From: Octopus sinensis
Lineage: Eukaryota
Reading direction: 5' to 3'
DNA: 64,000 bases
Assembly (NCBI RefSeq): GCF_006345805.1
Contig: NC_043004.1
Span: forward strand, 5,704,001-5,768,000
This document shows positions 1-13,228 of the stretch, one piece after another (the first letter of the stretch is position 1; each line of letters starts with the position of its first letter). A program made the position numbers and the translations under genes. The notes beneath the pieces are model-generated. The model was not told where the DNA came from, searched no databases, and saw nothing but the letters and a program-made list of their open reading frames with translations.

Positions 1-893
1 AAGCCACTAAATTCTTGCCTATAAACAAAATATTATATTTTTTTAAAGTATAGTTTCTGAAAAAATGTGTACCAGTGCCTATTTTTAAAAATCTAGTTGT
101 TGTTGTTTAATATCAAGTCAGCCCTGATTAAGCAAACCTTTTATTAATAGCATTTCATCTATGAGAAACCCATCTTTGGTATGTCTAGCATTATATTATT
201 TAGTGGGCCTTTTAAGATGGGACAATGTGATTTGAAGGAAATTTGACTGCTATTTCTAAAAAGTTAAAGCAATGCCTAGATGCTCCCTATAAACTGTGCA
301 ATTGACTCAGTTTTCAGATGTTTTTAATCTGTAGTAATTTACAAGAATTGTGAAAATCTACTGAAAATATATAGTAAATGTTATATCTCATTTTATATGT
401 GGGGCAAAACAAAAAGACTAAAAACTAATGCTGCATAAATAGATAAAAATCCTTTTTCTTTCTCATCTAATGACATTGATATATTCAGGTAGTAATGGTT
501 TTGACTGTTCAAAATGTTTTGAATTCGTAATTAACTGCTGCTTCTTTCAGGAAATGTTCATGATTTTTTACCACATTCTTTGTTAGTATATACTTGGAAA
601 TAGTGAATTTTTTCTTCAGATAAAACATCTGAAGTCTGTCAAGACAAGCACTGTTATCTGATGACTGCTTGTTTCATTTTGCAAACTAATCAATTAGCTC
701 TAGGCTTAGAGAATTATTATAAATTATACTAATTCCTAAGAAATAGTTAATTTGTTGTAAAACATTCAGTTGTTTCATTCTTTAATTATCACTGATGCAC
801 ACTTCATACCTCACCAATGTCATTATTGTCGCCATCATTGATGTCATCATTTTAGCAAACATATTTTCCATGGTACTACATGTTAGAGTGAAG

Positions 894-1365
894 GCATGTG
901 ACATAGTGGTTAGGATGTTGCGCTCATGATCACAAGGTCATGGTTTCAATTCCCAGTCCAGGTAGTTTGTTGGGTTCTTGAGCAAAACATTTTATTTCAC
1001 ATTGCTCCAGTCAGCTGTAAATGGGTTACCCTACAGCAGACTAGCATTCCATTCAGTGAGAATTTTCACTTATACATCATGGAAAGCAGGTGATCAGTTT
1101 ATGGGTCCTAGGATTTGTGACAATAATATTCAGAAAAACATGTGGTTTAGTGGTTAGGGTCTTGGAGTCATGATTGTAAGATTGTGGTTTCACAGTTCCT
1201 GGACCGGGCGATGCATTGTGTTGTTGAGCAAAATGCTTCGTTTCATGTTGCTCCAATTCACTCAGCTGGTAAAACTGAGTATTCCTGCAATGATCCAGTG
1301 CCCTGTCCAAGGGAGAATACACACAGAAACCAGGAAACCGGTCCTGTGAGTCTATATGACTTGGG
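894..1365 (+). mobile_element. Two adjacent degenerate copies of a tRNA-derived SINE (family D)
   Basis: Both carry a head like 'catgtgg(c/t)ttagtggttagg...catgat...gtttcaattcc' followed by 'ttgagcaaa...tttca..ttgctcca.ttcactcagctg'. This matches the copies at 49987-50320, 56331-56667 and ~39800-40020. Confidence 0.65.
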
Positions 1366-1975
1366 GAAGATCTTATCTGGGATCTAGAAAATTATATGTA
1401 TTATGTGTCGGACCATGTCATTCTATGAATATCAATTATATGTCATCTTGTCATTGAAACTCAACTTTTTAAATCTGAACTGTTTCCGCTGAGGTTTTTT
1501 TTTTTCCTTTCAATGAATAACTCCTGCTGTCAGTTTATATATAGAACCTTTGTATCATGCATACTTCATTCGTTTTTTTGTTGTGTCCAAAACAGTGTCT
1601 CAGTCAACACTGCTAATAATGCCCAGTTATCTCAATTCACTCTTTCTCATTAAGTTTAACATGCATATCCAGTAAACCATACTCAACTCATTTTCTATCA
1701 TTCCAGTGTTATAGGGTAACATCATTTCATTTTAACATCCACTTTTCCATGCCTGCATGGGTTGGATGTAGTTCTACTGTCACATGTTCTTCATGCCACT
1801 AACACTCACCATTTTCCCAGTAAGGTAATCTTTCTCCAAGGTTGGACATGTTTTCACAGAAGATTGGAAACAAATGACACCACCTGTTTGATGGGGACAC
1901 AACAATCATGTGATGTCAAAGCAAGGAGACTTTAGCTCACACATACAAGCACACAAAAAAAACACACACACACTC

Positions 1976-1985
1976 ATATATAAAC

Positions 1986-2035
<50 letters not shown>

Positions 2036-2038
2036 CAT

Positions 2039-2111
<73 letters not shown>

Positions 2112-2134
2112 TGTATATATATATGTGTGTGTGT
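1976..2134. repeat. (TA)n microsatellite with (TG)n flank
   Basis: Directly visible; source of the YIYIYI ORFs. Confidence 0.95.
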
Positions 2135-2214
2135 GATGGATTCTCTTGTCATAAATAACAAATGAGGGTTCAGTAAAATAAAGTGTTAATCATGTTCTAT
2201 GGACATGAATGTGT

Positions 2215-2687
2215 CTCTTGAGGTCTGCTGGTGCCTTGCAAGCCTTTTGGCAAATGGAACAAGTTGAGGACTCAATTTGCTTTGAGTGCTTGTGGATCAT
2301 TTGCTATGTGTTTCCTTGAGTGGACGGCAAGGCCTGCTTTGCTTTGTGCCACAAAACAACAATGACAGGTAAGGTTTCCATTTAGAGGAGCGACGTTTTG
2401 TCAGCGTGACTTCATGCTTACACAAAGTTGGTTCCAATGTGAAGTCAACTTTTCTCAAATCTTTGAGCAGAGGAGAAGCAGGACTGGTGCCAGGTTCTGC
2501 ATTCTGATGCTTTGTTTTCCCAGGCAGAAAAGGTAATGTTGCATCACTTCAAATGGTCTTTCAGGTTGTCTTTGAAGTACAAGAGTGGCCTTCCAACTGA
2601 CCTTTCTGTTGGGAATTGGCTAAAAAGAAGTTGCTTTGGAATTCCAATATCACTCATATGTGAAAGATGACCAGATGATCTAAGCTT
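2215..2687 (-). mobile_element. Degenerate RTE-clade LINE 3' ORF fragment
   Basis: Minus strand reads LRSSGHLSHMSDIGIPKQLLFSQFPTERSVGRPLLYFKDNLKDHLK, resembling the RTE post-RT motif LRW.GH..RM...R.PK.......R..GRP.....D. Contains stops. Confidence 0.7.
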
Positions 2688-3300
2688 GGTGTGTATATAT
2701 ATGTATATATACAAGCATGTGCACAAACACACATATATGACAGGTATATTTCAGTTTCTGTCTACCAAATCCACTCTCATGGCTTTGGTTGGCCTGGTGC
2801 TGTAGTAGAAGACACTTGCCCAAGGTACCACACTGTGGGAGTGAACCCATAACTGAGTGGTTGTGAAGCAAACGTTTTAACTACACAGTCAAGAAGAACA
2901 CTGTGTTACTAACAGAGGATAAATCTTCTCTGAACATTTTACAACCCATACATGTCCAAATCTATTCTACTTTATTTCCAGTAGAATCACTGCTAACTCC
3001 AATTACAGCAAATAGTTAGCAGAATTGGTCCACAGTTTTCATCAAATCATCCAGTTAGTCTATTTTCTATTGTTTACATACAGCACACAACAGCTGACTT
3101 CCTGCATTCTCCTTTCCTGCATAATGAGCAGGCCATTCCCTTTATGTTATCATACTTTTGTGTCTCTACAACTTGTTTATAATTTGTTCTTTATTATATT
3201 AAAATTTATCTTCACTTCAAATTTCCTCTAACTCTTCAACTGCTTACAAGCTGGTCCAAACACTAGATGTTTCTCTATACACTGGATAAAGAAAAGGAGA

Positions 3301-3515
3301 TTAACCCTTTAACATTCAGGTTATTCTGTCAAATTTAATGCTTATTTATCCACATTGTTTTGAATTAATCATGCATTATCTTATGGCTTCAAGATTTTGA
3401 TGATGTGACTGTATATTTTTAGAATGATGTTGTAGGGTAGATGTGAGGGGCCAGATTTGATTAGTTTGAACTTAAAACTGGTAAGATATTTGAGCTGGAT
3501 ATGGTCAGTTTAAAC
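3301..3515 (+). mobile_element. piggyBac-type MITE copy (right end degenerate)
   Basis: Starts TTAACCCTTT; internal sequence shared with the copies at 6931, 35000, 41163 and 51678. Confidence 0.7.
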
Positions 3516-4892
3516 CCCATTAAGAATATCTGATTAAAGCATTCTCCTGCCTGTGATCCTTATTTTATCTTGAAAAAATAAAGCAAAAATCACATGTATA
3601 TTTCTTATCTCTGACTTTAACCTTTTCATCAAATTTAGACAAATGTTAGACCAACTTCTTAAGTGAGGCTGTAAAATACAAGCAGCTAAGGCAGATGATG
3701 TGCAATGATTGGTGAAAACTGAGATGAGTGATCCATTGGATGAGCAACAATAATGCTAGCTTTTCTAAAACCAATATAGTTAGAGTAATATCTTTGGAAA
3801 ATAAGAATTTCTCAGAAGTAGTAGTGGTGGCAGCTGCTGTTGTTGTTGTTGATGTTATTTACTGCTTTTAAAATATTTAGGATATTGCAGCTGCTCTCTC
3901 ACGCGCACACACGCACACACACATTCTCACATTGCATTAACAGATGCAACCAACATGCAACTATCACCCACAATCACTCCCTATCCCCTCTCCATCTCTT
4001 CTGTTACTACTTCAGCTACTCTAAACTGGGTGCAGGCTTGACTGTGTGGTTAAGAGGCTCACTTTGCAACCACATGGTTTTCAGGTTCAATCTTACTATG
4101 TGGCACCTTGGACAAGTGTCTTCTACTATAGCCCCATGTTAATGCTTTGTAAGTGAATTTAGTAGATGGAAACTGTATAGAAGTCCATTGCATCATACAT
4201 ATGTATGTATGTATATACATGTACACACATACACACATGTGTGTGTTTATGTTTTCTGCCTGTCTCCTCATTACTGGACAGCCTCTGTTGGTTTGTTTAC
4301 ATTTCTGTATCTTAGCGGTTCCTCAAAAGAGGCCAATAGAACAAGTACTAGACTTTAAATAAAATAATTACTGGAGTCAGTTTGCTCAACCTAAACCCTT
4401 TGAGGCAGTGGCACAATCTAATGACTGAACCCAAGTGGAACCCACTCAGCAACCCTCTGGGACCTTCTTCCTGTCTATGTTTTCCCTGCAACATCCTCTG
4501 CAAGTTCAAACTGAACAGTTATCTGCATCCAGATAGGCCTGGAAATATTATGGCATCCTTTTCTCCTGCTTGGACTAAATAATAAAATCAAATTTCATAT
4601 TTAATAACTTAGAAAACATTTTTATTTGAAATTTTTATTCAAATTTTATTAATTTTCAACTATATTTACATTTTGGACACTTCAGAATATATATATATAC
4701 ATTTTTTTTTTCAAAGGTAATTTGCAGTGTCTCAATATTTTAGGATTAAGTAGCTGTTTTCATTTCATGCTATTCTAGCTTTGTGTTAAGTTTTCTTTTT
4801 GTCTGAACTAAATTAGTTGACTTTCTGACTTTCTTCACTACTTCAGTGGAGGATTTAAAAGATTCTCTACAGCATGAAAATCACACACCCTC

Positions 4893-4947
<55 letters not shown>

Positions 4948-5608
4948 CATCATCATCATCATCATCATCATCGTTTAACGTCCGTTTTCCGCGCTAGCAC
5001 AGGTTATATATATACACATATGTCCTACACTCACACTTTCTCCCTTTCTCTCATGCACACACACTTTCTCTTTCTCATTCTTACACTCACACTTTCTTTC
5101 TGTCTGTTTCTCTTTCTCCCATGCACACACACAGATATATATATATATACATCCACACAGAGGATAGTTTTCTCTTAAATCCAGTTGACTTGAATAAAGC
5201 ATTGATGCAGAAATGCCTAATGTGCCAGGAAATTTTTTCTTTTCCTGTTCTTTTTTATTTTGTTTTATGTAATATTTTTTCTTCGACTTTCTCTTTGTTC
5301 ATCTATCTGCTTAGTTTAGGAAAACAAATTTTGGATAGTAGCTATTTAGTCCTTCCAAAGAATTAACACCAACAACGACAGCTAGGAGTAGTTGTGGTGG
5401 TGGTGGTGGTGGTGTTGGTGGCGGCGGCAGCGTGTTTGTTGTCAGAAGTGAGTGTAACTCATTGCTTGTCTAACATTACATACCCCGCCACCTCCACCAC
5501 CCTCTTAGTTCAAACCAAAAGGAAATATGTTACAGGGCACAGTCTGGGCAATATAAGAGGACATGTCAAAAGCAACTTGGCACAGTTTTAAGCATTTAGT
5601 CTCTCTAG

Positions 5609-5697
5609 CAGTGAATTCAATCCTCTTGAATGTTGTATCCAAGTTACATTGCCATATGGGAAGGGCCGCACCCTCCCTGAGACGGTTAAACGGAAAG
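5609..5697 (+). CDS. Candidate coding exon of the unidentified host gene (SEFNPLECCIQVTLPYGKGRTLPETVKRK-)
   Basis: Acceptor ctctctag|cag (TAG/CAG tandem) and strong donor AAG|gtgagg. The open frame ends in phase 1, compatible with the exon at 15681. Alternatively a first exon from ATG 5563 ending in phase 0. No family recognised. Confidence 0.4.
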
Positions 5698-6930
5698 GTG
5701 AGGAGGAAAAGAACGTTGTGTGGGATCACCACACTACATTTTGTAATCTGAGATTTTCAAGAAATAGACGTTTAGGCTTGGGGAATTTTAGAAAAATATT
5801 CTTTCGTGTTTCAGTTATTCCTGACAATATTTTACTTAAAACTAACCTTTGAACACTTACTTGGTTCAGACTCTTGGAATCTTTAACCCGATTTTGTTGT
5901 TGTTATTGTTGTTGTCATTTATAATTTTACTCCTGAATATCTGACATTTTCATTTTGATGTTTATTTTAGAATTTGTCTGTTAATAATGTAAATTGAAGT
6001 AAAAATAAAAAATACAATTTTGGTTTTAAATTATCACAGTATAATTATTTTTGTTTGCTTTTGTTTTTGAGGTATTGATATTATAGTTTTAATTATAATT
6101 CTTTCTAAATTTGACATTTGACCAGCACTATTAAGACGGGTGAGGGTGAAAGTTGATTAAATCAACCCCAGTATTTGACTGGTATCTTATTTTTATCAAC
6201 CACAAAAGGGTGAATGGCAAAGTGACCTCAGCAAGATTTTTTTTTTTTATTATAATAAAAAGAAACATGTAAAATAGGTAATTCCCAGTCATTAAGGTGT
6301 TTAATTATGAAGAACAAATGATATAAACTGAGATTTAGTTGAATCATTTACGCAAAACTTTATTAAAAATCCTATCTAAAGTGACTTCACACCCATCTTC
6401 TGCCTTAAATCAATTAATTGTAGCCAGTACCTTATGTTGTTGATATATTTGTGGTATCTCAGATCCTCAGATTGGTAGTGCGTCTTTTGTTAATAATTAT
6501 CAACATCAGACAGGCTGGTGTCAATAGACATGCCTACATCAGCACCTTTCAAACTAATCAACTAGTATAGCAGCCAGTTTATCTGACCAAATGCATTGGC
6601 ATCACCAGTTGTGCCTACATCATCAACATTCAGGCCTATGCTATATTCACAGGTCTTTTGCTAGCATTAATGAGTAGCTTTCTGGCAGGCATTGTTACAA
6701 ATAGTTGTCGGGTATGCAACCTAATGAGAATACCAGCAGTGGTCACAACGTTTCTGGCAGTCGTTGGAGCAGTGATATCAACAGCAGATATAGCAACAAT
6801 GGACTGTAGACAAGCTCTAAAGTATTTTACATTGCAGTGATGCTCAGCAGGCTAGTTATGACATAAAAAGAGAATAGAAATGGACAGCAGACATCCTGAT
6901 ACGGGCAACAATTGACCAGCTGTGAAGCCA

Positions 6931-7150
6931 TTAACCTTTTAGCATTCAGATTACTCTGTCAAATGTAATGCTTATTTATTTGCATTGTTTGAATTAATGA
7001 TGGCTTATCTCAAAGCTTTGAGATTTGAATGATGTGATTATTTTTAGAATGACTGTAGAGTAGATGTCTGTGACTAGATCTAACTGATTTAACCATAAAA
7101 TAGATAGAATATTTAGGCTGAATAAGGCCGGTTTAAATGCTAAAGGGTTT
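6931..7150 (+). mobile_element. piggyBac-type MITE copy
   Basis: ttaaccttttagcatt...aatgctaaagggtt inverted termini, ~220 bp. Confidence 0.75.
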
Positions 7151-8671
7151 TAAGACACAGCTTTTACCAACAACTTAGATATTGCCATGCAAAGAAACAA
7201 TCAGCCCAATAATGATATATCCAATTTGCAAGCCTGTGACCAAATTCCAACAAAACAACCATGAGCTCACCAGACTACTTTTTCATAGCCAACAGTTTCC
7301 ACTTATGATGCAAAACCTTTTTAACAGGATGTATGTTTTCTCAACAACACTGTACTAATATACTATACAAAGACATACATACACACACATGTACAGACAT
7401 GGTTGTGCAATTAAGGCGTTTGCTTCCCAACCACTTAGTTTTGGCTTCAGTCCCACTGTGCAGCACCTTAGACAAGTGTATTCTATTATAGCCATGAGCC
7501 AGAGTGGATCTGGAAGATGGAAACTAAAAGAAGCTTGCCCTATTTAGAATTAAAATTGTTCAAAAACCATTACAACACCCTTTGAAATAGAGGAGTGAAT
7601 ATAGTAGTAAAGAAGACAGAACAACAGCTTTACTTTATATTTTGATATTATAGGCTTTATACTCCTTTGTCTGAAAAAAAAATGGAAATCAATGTCAAGC
7701 TGGTCTAGATATGTGAGAGGAGATTGTGACAATGGTATTTTTTACAATAATTTGCCTCATGTAACTCTAATCTGTCATTGATAGACCATCAGTTTATTAA
7801 TGAGGATGGCCTCCCCTAATTATTGATGTTATGCTCTGTTGTCTCAATGGTAAACCATAAAGTCCTGCATGTGGCATTTCTCCAGGTGATTTCTTTTTAT
7901 GATGTGTTTGTCTGCACGTGTTCCTTAATGCAGACATGTAATTTTCAGACAGTGCTTCCAATGTAGGAACCACCACATTTACAGTCGACTATTTGGTTTC
8001 CTACTGAGGCCTTCAGACACATGTTCTTATTGTTGATAGAGTACTTTGACAGTATGCACATCTCTTTGCTGTATGTTGGTTGATTTCCAGACAAGAACAT
8101 CGTCATACCTTCAGTTCCACTCTATGAATTCTTATCATTGAAATATGGTAATGTTAGGAAGCACATTCCAGTACAAACTTGGGCCTTCCTTTGATGTCTA
8201 TTGTCTTGCTGACATTTGGTGAAAGACGGCAGATAGCTGTTATTTTATTTAACAGAACCCTTTGAAATCACTTGGTATTGATGGTTTTAACTGCTGCCTC
8301 ATTACACTTGTTGCATATCCAGGAAATTTTTTTCTGTATGTATATGGCTTTGACTCTGGTGAGAAAGGCTGACTTGTGTGCACAAATAGGTCCCTACTGA
8401 CCACTTTCCTGAAGAAATTGGCATTGATGGATCTCTGCACTGTAATCTAGAGCTGGAAATCAAGCAGAGAGAGGGATTCAGTGCCATTTCTTTTCTTACT
8501 TGCACATTTCCGACTAGTCCAATACTATATTGATTTCTCTAGGTTTTATACTTTATTGGCATTTTAAAGCTGTCATATTTTGTATAATGGCTTTTGAAGT
8601 AGAATGTTCATTCCTATATCAAATTCTATGTGTAAAGAGAACAAATGATGATAATTTTTGTTGTTGCTGTA

Positions 8672-9092
8672 GGTACAAGGCCTTAAATTTTGGGGGAGAG
8701 GGCTAGTCAGTTACATTGACCACCATCACCCCTAGTGTTTATATCATCGACCCCAAAAGGATGAAAACCAAAGTCAACCGAGGCAGAATTTGAAATCAAA
8801 ACATGAGTCAGAAGAAATGCTTCTAAGCATTTTTCCAATGTACTAATGGTTCTGCCAACTTGTGCCCATAAGAATGATTATTATTATAATCCTTTCTATG
8901 ATAGGCACAAGGCCTGAAATTTTGGGGAGGGGACTAGTCGATTACATTGACCACAGTGTTCCACTGGTACTTATTTCCTCGACCCTGAAAGAATGAATGG
9001 TAAAGTCAACCTCAGTGGAATTAGAACTCAGAACATAAGGATGGACCAAATGTTGCTAAGCATTTTGCTCAGCATGCCAGCTCCCTGCCTTT
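8672..9092 (-). mobile_element. Two tandem SINE family B copies
   Basis: Repeated 'cacaaggcc...ttttgggg...gaccc..aaaggatgaa...aaagtcaacc' modules separated and followed by (AAT)n. Confidence 0.75.
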
Positions 9093-9847
9093 ATGACTAT
9101 AATAATAATAATAATTATTATTATTATTATTATTATGACAATAATGAAGGTGATTAAGAACAGTTATATTAATAATGTTAAAAGCAAGATAATATCAGTT
9201 CAATGAACAATAATTTTGTAGGCCATAATGATATTAAGAATATGTATAAATCACATCATTCTAAAGTCCACATCTAATTTCTTGGCAATTTCTTTCCTCA
9301 TTTAAAGCTTAGGAGTTATTAAGCTCCACATTAACCCTCTAGTGAAAGGGAAAATATGCAATAATTAGTCATGGTTGTTAAGTCAATAATAAAAACTTTA
9401 GTTGCCTGAAGTAGGTTAAAAATAAATCATTTCAGTGGAGCCCATCCCTCTCTAGACAGGGATGGGCTCCACTAGGGCACCACCTAGAAATAACTGGTAA
9501 TCATGTGATCAACCAGACTATTGGATGTTGTTATACATTACTGGTCACAATGCGCTATGCATCGTTTTAGCTATTGAATGATACCCCTCTCTAGTTAAGC
9601 AAGCAAGCCAACATTCCCCTTGATTGGAAGGTTGGTTCATTGCAGAGGTACCTGTTTACAGCTGTGTGGACAGGAACAGCAAGAAATGAAGTATCTTGCT
9701 CAAGAACACAATGTGTAGCTGGTCTGGGAATTGAACCAATGATCTCACAGTTACGAATGCAATACAGCTACCCACTAGGCCATGTGCCTTCACTATTTGC
9801 CAGAAATAGCTGATAAATGGCATAAATCAATTGAAATGGATCAAATT

Positions 9848-11272
9848 GAATAGTTCGTGGAAAACTGGTTGAGTTCCTGGAATCCAACAATCTGATGAAT
9901 TGCAACCAGCATGGATTCAGGTTAGGTAGATCATGCCTTTCCCAACTACTGGCACACCATGACCAAATCCTAGAAAATCTAGAGAATGGATACAACACAG
10001 ATGTTATCTACCTCGACTTTGCCAAGGCATTTGACAAGGTAGATCATGGCATCCTGGGTCACAAACTTCGAAAGCTAGGAGTAGGAGGAAAAGTTGGTAC
10101 ATGGATAAACGAGTTCCTTACAAATAGAACTCAAACAGTCACTGTGAATGGAACCCATTCAACACCATCACCTGTGACCAGCAGTGTTCCTCAGGGTACA
10201 GTACTCGGCCCAATCCTGTTTCTCATCCTCATCTCTGACATAGATGAAGATACAACCAGCAACGTCTCATCCTTTGCTGATGACACCAGGGTCATGAGAC
10301 AAATCAAAGACGAGGTGGATACAGAGGCCTTACAAAAGGACCTGACCACCATATATAAATGGCAGGAAACAAACAACATGTTGTTCAATGATAAGAAGTT
10401 TGAACTAATTCGCTACGGAACAGATCAAGATCTGAAAAATACAACAAACTACAGAAACCCATCAGGACAACAAATAATGGAAAAACAGTATGTGAAAGAT
10501 TTAGGCATCCACATGGGAACCAACCTAAAATTCAGAGAACACCTTGACTCAGTCTGTCTTACTGCAAGAAAGTACAGCGGGTGGATCTTGCGCACCTTCA
10601 AATCAAGAGATACCTCAACAATGAAAACCCTCTGGAACAGTATGATACTTCCGAGGATTGACTACTGTTCTCAGTTGTGGTCACCAACAACAAAGGGCCA
10701 ACTATCTAAGATAGAATCGCTCCAAAGAAATTTTACCTCATACTTCTCAGAAACGAGGGACCTGGACTATTGGCAAAGACTCAAAACCTTGAGGATGTAC
10801 TCAATAGAAAGAAGATTTGAGCGATACCGAATTATATACATTTGGAAAATGATAGAGCAGAAGGTGCCAAACTTTGGTATCAAAACCTACCACTCACTGC
10901 GCCACGGAAGACGCTGCCAGCTGCCACCAATCAACAAAAAGGCTGGCCAGGCAGCAAAAACCCTGCGAGAATCAAGTCTGTTGGTTCGAGGAGCACAACT
11001 GTTCAACTCCATTCCGGTACATGTCAGAAATCTATCAGGATGCAGTGTGGAATCATTCAAATTGCAACTGGATAGATACTTAAGCACCATTAGAGATGAA
11101 CCCCATCTCCCAGGATATACACAACGAGCACAAACTGACTCAAACTCGCTCCTACACATGTCAAATTTAAGCAGAGAATACAACCTGGCAACCACACCAG
11201 ACTCTGAGGGTGGAGTCTTCGACTTGGCCTGAGCATGGACTCAAACCCAAATGAAATGAAATGAAATGAAAT
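9848..11272 (+). mobile_element. Young 5'-truncated CR1-type non-LTR retrotransposon (LINE)
   Basis: Uninterrupted RT ORF; very short 3' UTR ending in a (GAAAT)n tail (~11250-11272); abrupt 5' truncation inside the RT region; no clear TSD, as is common for CR1. Confidence 0.93.
9850..11232 (+). CDS. LINE ORF2 C-terminal half: reverse transcriptase plus C-terminal region (endonuclease absent due to truncation)
   Basis: RT motifs QHGFR, YLDFAKAFDKVDH, VPQGTVLGP, FADD and KDLG. The frame is open from ATA 9850 (IVRGKLVEFLESNNL) through ATG 9895 to the stop at 11232. Confidence 0.9.
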   Translation: MVRGKLVEFLESNNLMNCNQHGFRLGRSCLSQLLAHHDQILENLENGYNTDVIYLDFAKAFDKVDHGILGHKLRKLGVGGKVGTWINEFLTNRTQTVTVNGTHSTPSPVTSSVPQGTVLGPILFLILISDIDEDTTSNVSSFADDTRVMRQIKDEVDTEALQKDLTTIYKWQETNNMLFNDKKFELIRYGTDQDLKNTTNYRNPSGQQIMEKQYVKDLGIHMGTNLKFREHLDSVCLTARKYSGWILRTFKSRDTSTMKTLWNSMILPRIDYCSQLWSPTTKGQLSKIESLQRNFTSYFSETRDLDYWQRLKTLRMYSIERRFERYRIIYIWKMIEQKVPNFGIKTYHSLRHGRRCQLPPINKKAGQAAKTLRESSLLVRGAQLFNSIPVHVRNLSGCSVESFKLQLDRYLSTIRDEPHLPGYTQRAQTDSNSLLHMSNLSREYNLATTPDSEGGVFDLA

Positions 11273-12239
11273 ATAGATTGAACCTATGTTGCAGACTTGG
11301 CTTTCTACCATTTTAGAGCAGATGCACAATCATTCCTTCACCTTTTGCAAGAACAGAGAATCTTTTAGATGTCATGGAAGTTCTCAGAACTTTTGATAAT
11401 TAAACGAAGACTCATGCTTCTTTCATTTCACCAAAGCTTGCATTGATCAAATATCTAAGATAAACCTTATCTGTTATTTCTTGCAAGTTCTTTTGAAAGT
11501 GTGAGCTGATGTATCTGTCTTTTATCATTTACTTGTTTCAGTCATTAGACTGTGGCCATGGTGGGGTGCCACCTTCAAGGGGTTTAGTCAAACAAATCAG
11601 CTCCAGTACTTATCTTTAAGTTTATTACTTGTTCTATCAGTCTCTATCAGTCACACTGCTAGATTATGAGGACATAAATAAACCAACACCAGTTGAGAAG
11701 TGGTGGTGATGGGGGGGGGACAAACATAGATGGATGTTGGGCCTCATGGAGACAAGGTGGCTGAGTTCCTTTTGAGCGTTGGGCCTCAGGAGGCAAAGTG
11801 GCTGAGTTCCTTTTGAGTGTTTGGCCTCACAGAGGCAATAACCAAGACCTTTGGCATTATGTCATACTTGAGAAGAAGACTCATCAAGCCGAGCAAAGTT
11901 GCAGTTGTGGCAGATACCGGTGTCATGCAAATGGCACTCATGCCAGTGGCATGAAAAAGCACCCATTACACTCTCAGAGTGGTTGGCATTAGGAAGGGCA
12001 TCCAGTCATAGAAAACCATGTCAAATCAGACTGGAGCCTGGCACAGCCTTCCAGCATGCCAGCCCAGTCAAGCCATCTAACCCATGCTGGCATGTTTTTC
12101 ATTATCATACCACTACGTCAGAGACTATATTTTAAAATGGCTTAGCTTGTTATGCAGAAAAGGAGTAGGTTATAAACTCCATATACAGTACCCAAAGTAA
12201 GCTATGGGCACATAGGCAGACTAACAGAGTACGTAAGTT

Positions 12240-12690
12240 TCATATGTGACATGTGCATCAGAGCCGTCATGCTGTGATTTCACTAGATATGGATTCTCTT
12301 AAAATACCTGGATAGCTCACTGGAAGTTGTTGTTGGCTTTTGTTATTTAGGAGATATAATTAACAAGGGTAGTGGTTGCTCTGAAAATATAACATGAGTA
12401 AGAAGTTGGAGAAAATTCAGGGAACTACTACTTTTGTTGGCAATGAAGGTCTTTTCCCTCACAGTGAAGTGCAGATTAGAATTGTGATGCTGCATGGTAG
12501 TGAGACTTGGGCCTTGAATTTAGAGGACTTGAGAAGACTGGAAAGAAATGAAGTGAACCTGCTCTGTTGGATGTGCAATGTATGTATGCAAGAATCACAT
12601 AGTACAAATGTGCTGAGAGAAAAACTGGGCATGAGAGGAATCAGGTTTAGTGTGCAAGAAAAAAGACTGCTGTATGGACATGGAACAAAG
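12240..12690 (+). mobile_element. Degenerate RTE-clade LINE fragment
   Basis: FCYLGDII...VMLHGSETWALNLEDLRRLERNEVNLLCWMCNV...LREKLGMRGI; typical RTE post-RT motif (YG.ETW). Frameshifted. Confidence 0.8.
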
Positions 12691-13214
12691 TAGTGAAGGC
12701 TGATCGACAGTATCTGGTCACAAAGCCAGGCTTATGGAGGTATTGATTGATGGTGCTTTGTGAAAGACCAAGTACTGTTGACAACATATGAGTGCTTGTG
12801 TTTGGTTGTTGTTCAACCATTTCAAGCAAGGCCTCATCTTCCACAACGGGTCTTCTTGTCCTTGGTTTACTTTCAAGGATGGTGCCACCTTCCTTGAAAT
12901 GTCTGAACCACCTTTGTACCCCACACATCCATTGACAGTTACGAGGCCTTTCACACCATTAACTTCTTTTTCCCCAGTCTTCACACTCATTTTTTTTTCC
13001 ATGGGTAGCGTGAAATGGTCTAATTGCAATTTTTTCACCAATCATTATCAAAGCTGTAAAATGAAAAATAAATAATTAATGTCTATATGTTCTTTATGAA
13101 AATAAAGAATAAACAAGTCAGCCTCAAATGGACAAGTTGTATCAAATTAATGATGGAGATACAAGTTGCCAAAAATCATCACTGAAAATTCAAAAACACT
13201 TTTGACTCAACCTG
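12691..13214 (-). mobile_element. Mariner transposon 5' remnant (TIR plus N-terminal HTH region)
   Basis: VQRWFRHFKEGGTILESKPRTRRP...LLEMVEQQPNTSTHMLSTVLGLSQSTI is a mariner paired-like HTH. TIR-like CAGGTTGAGTCAAAAAGT on the minus strand at ~13198-13214. Confidence 0.8.
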
Positions 13215-13228
13215 CTACACCTTAGATA

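Noticed and set aside
173-195. tctttggtatgtctagc, loosely like miR-9
   Set aside because: Mismatches right after the seed, no precursor hairpin seen, and it lies in repeat-like sequence.
489-600. Short intron/exon signals (cag|gtagt ... tttcag|g)
   Set aside because: No convincing reading frame or upstream acceptor.
7750-8560. Possible very old RTE RT fragment on the minus strand
   Set aside because: Only faint motif resemblance; I could not support it without an alignment.
11735-11840. CRISPR-like repeat array
   Set aside because: The units are contiguous without unique spacers, the context is eukaryotic, and there are no cas genes.
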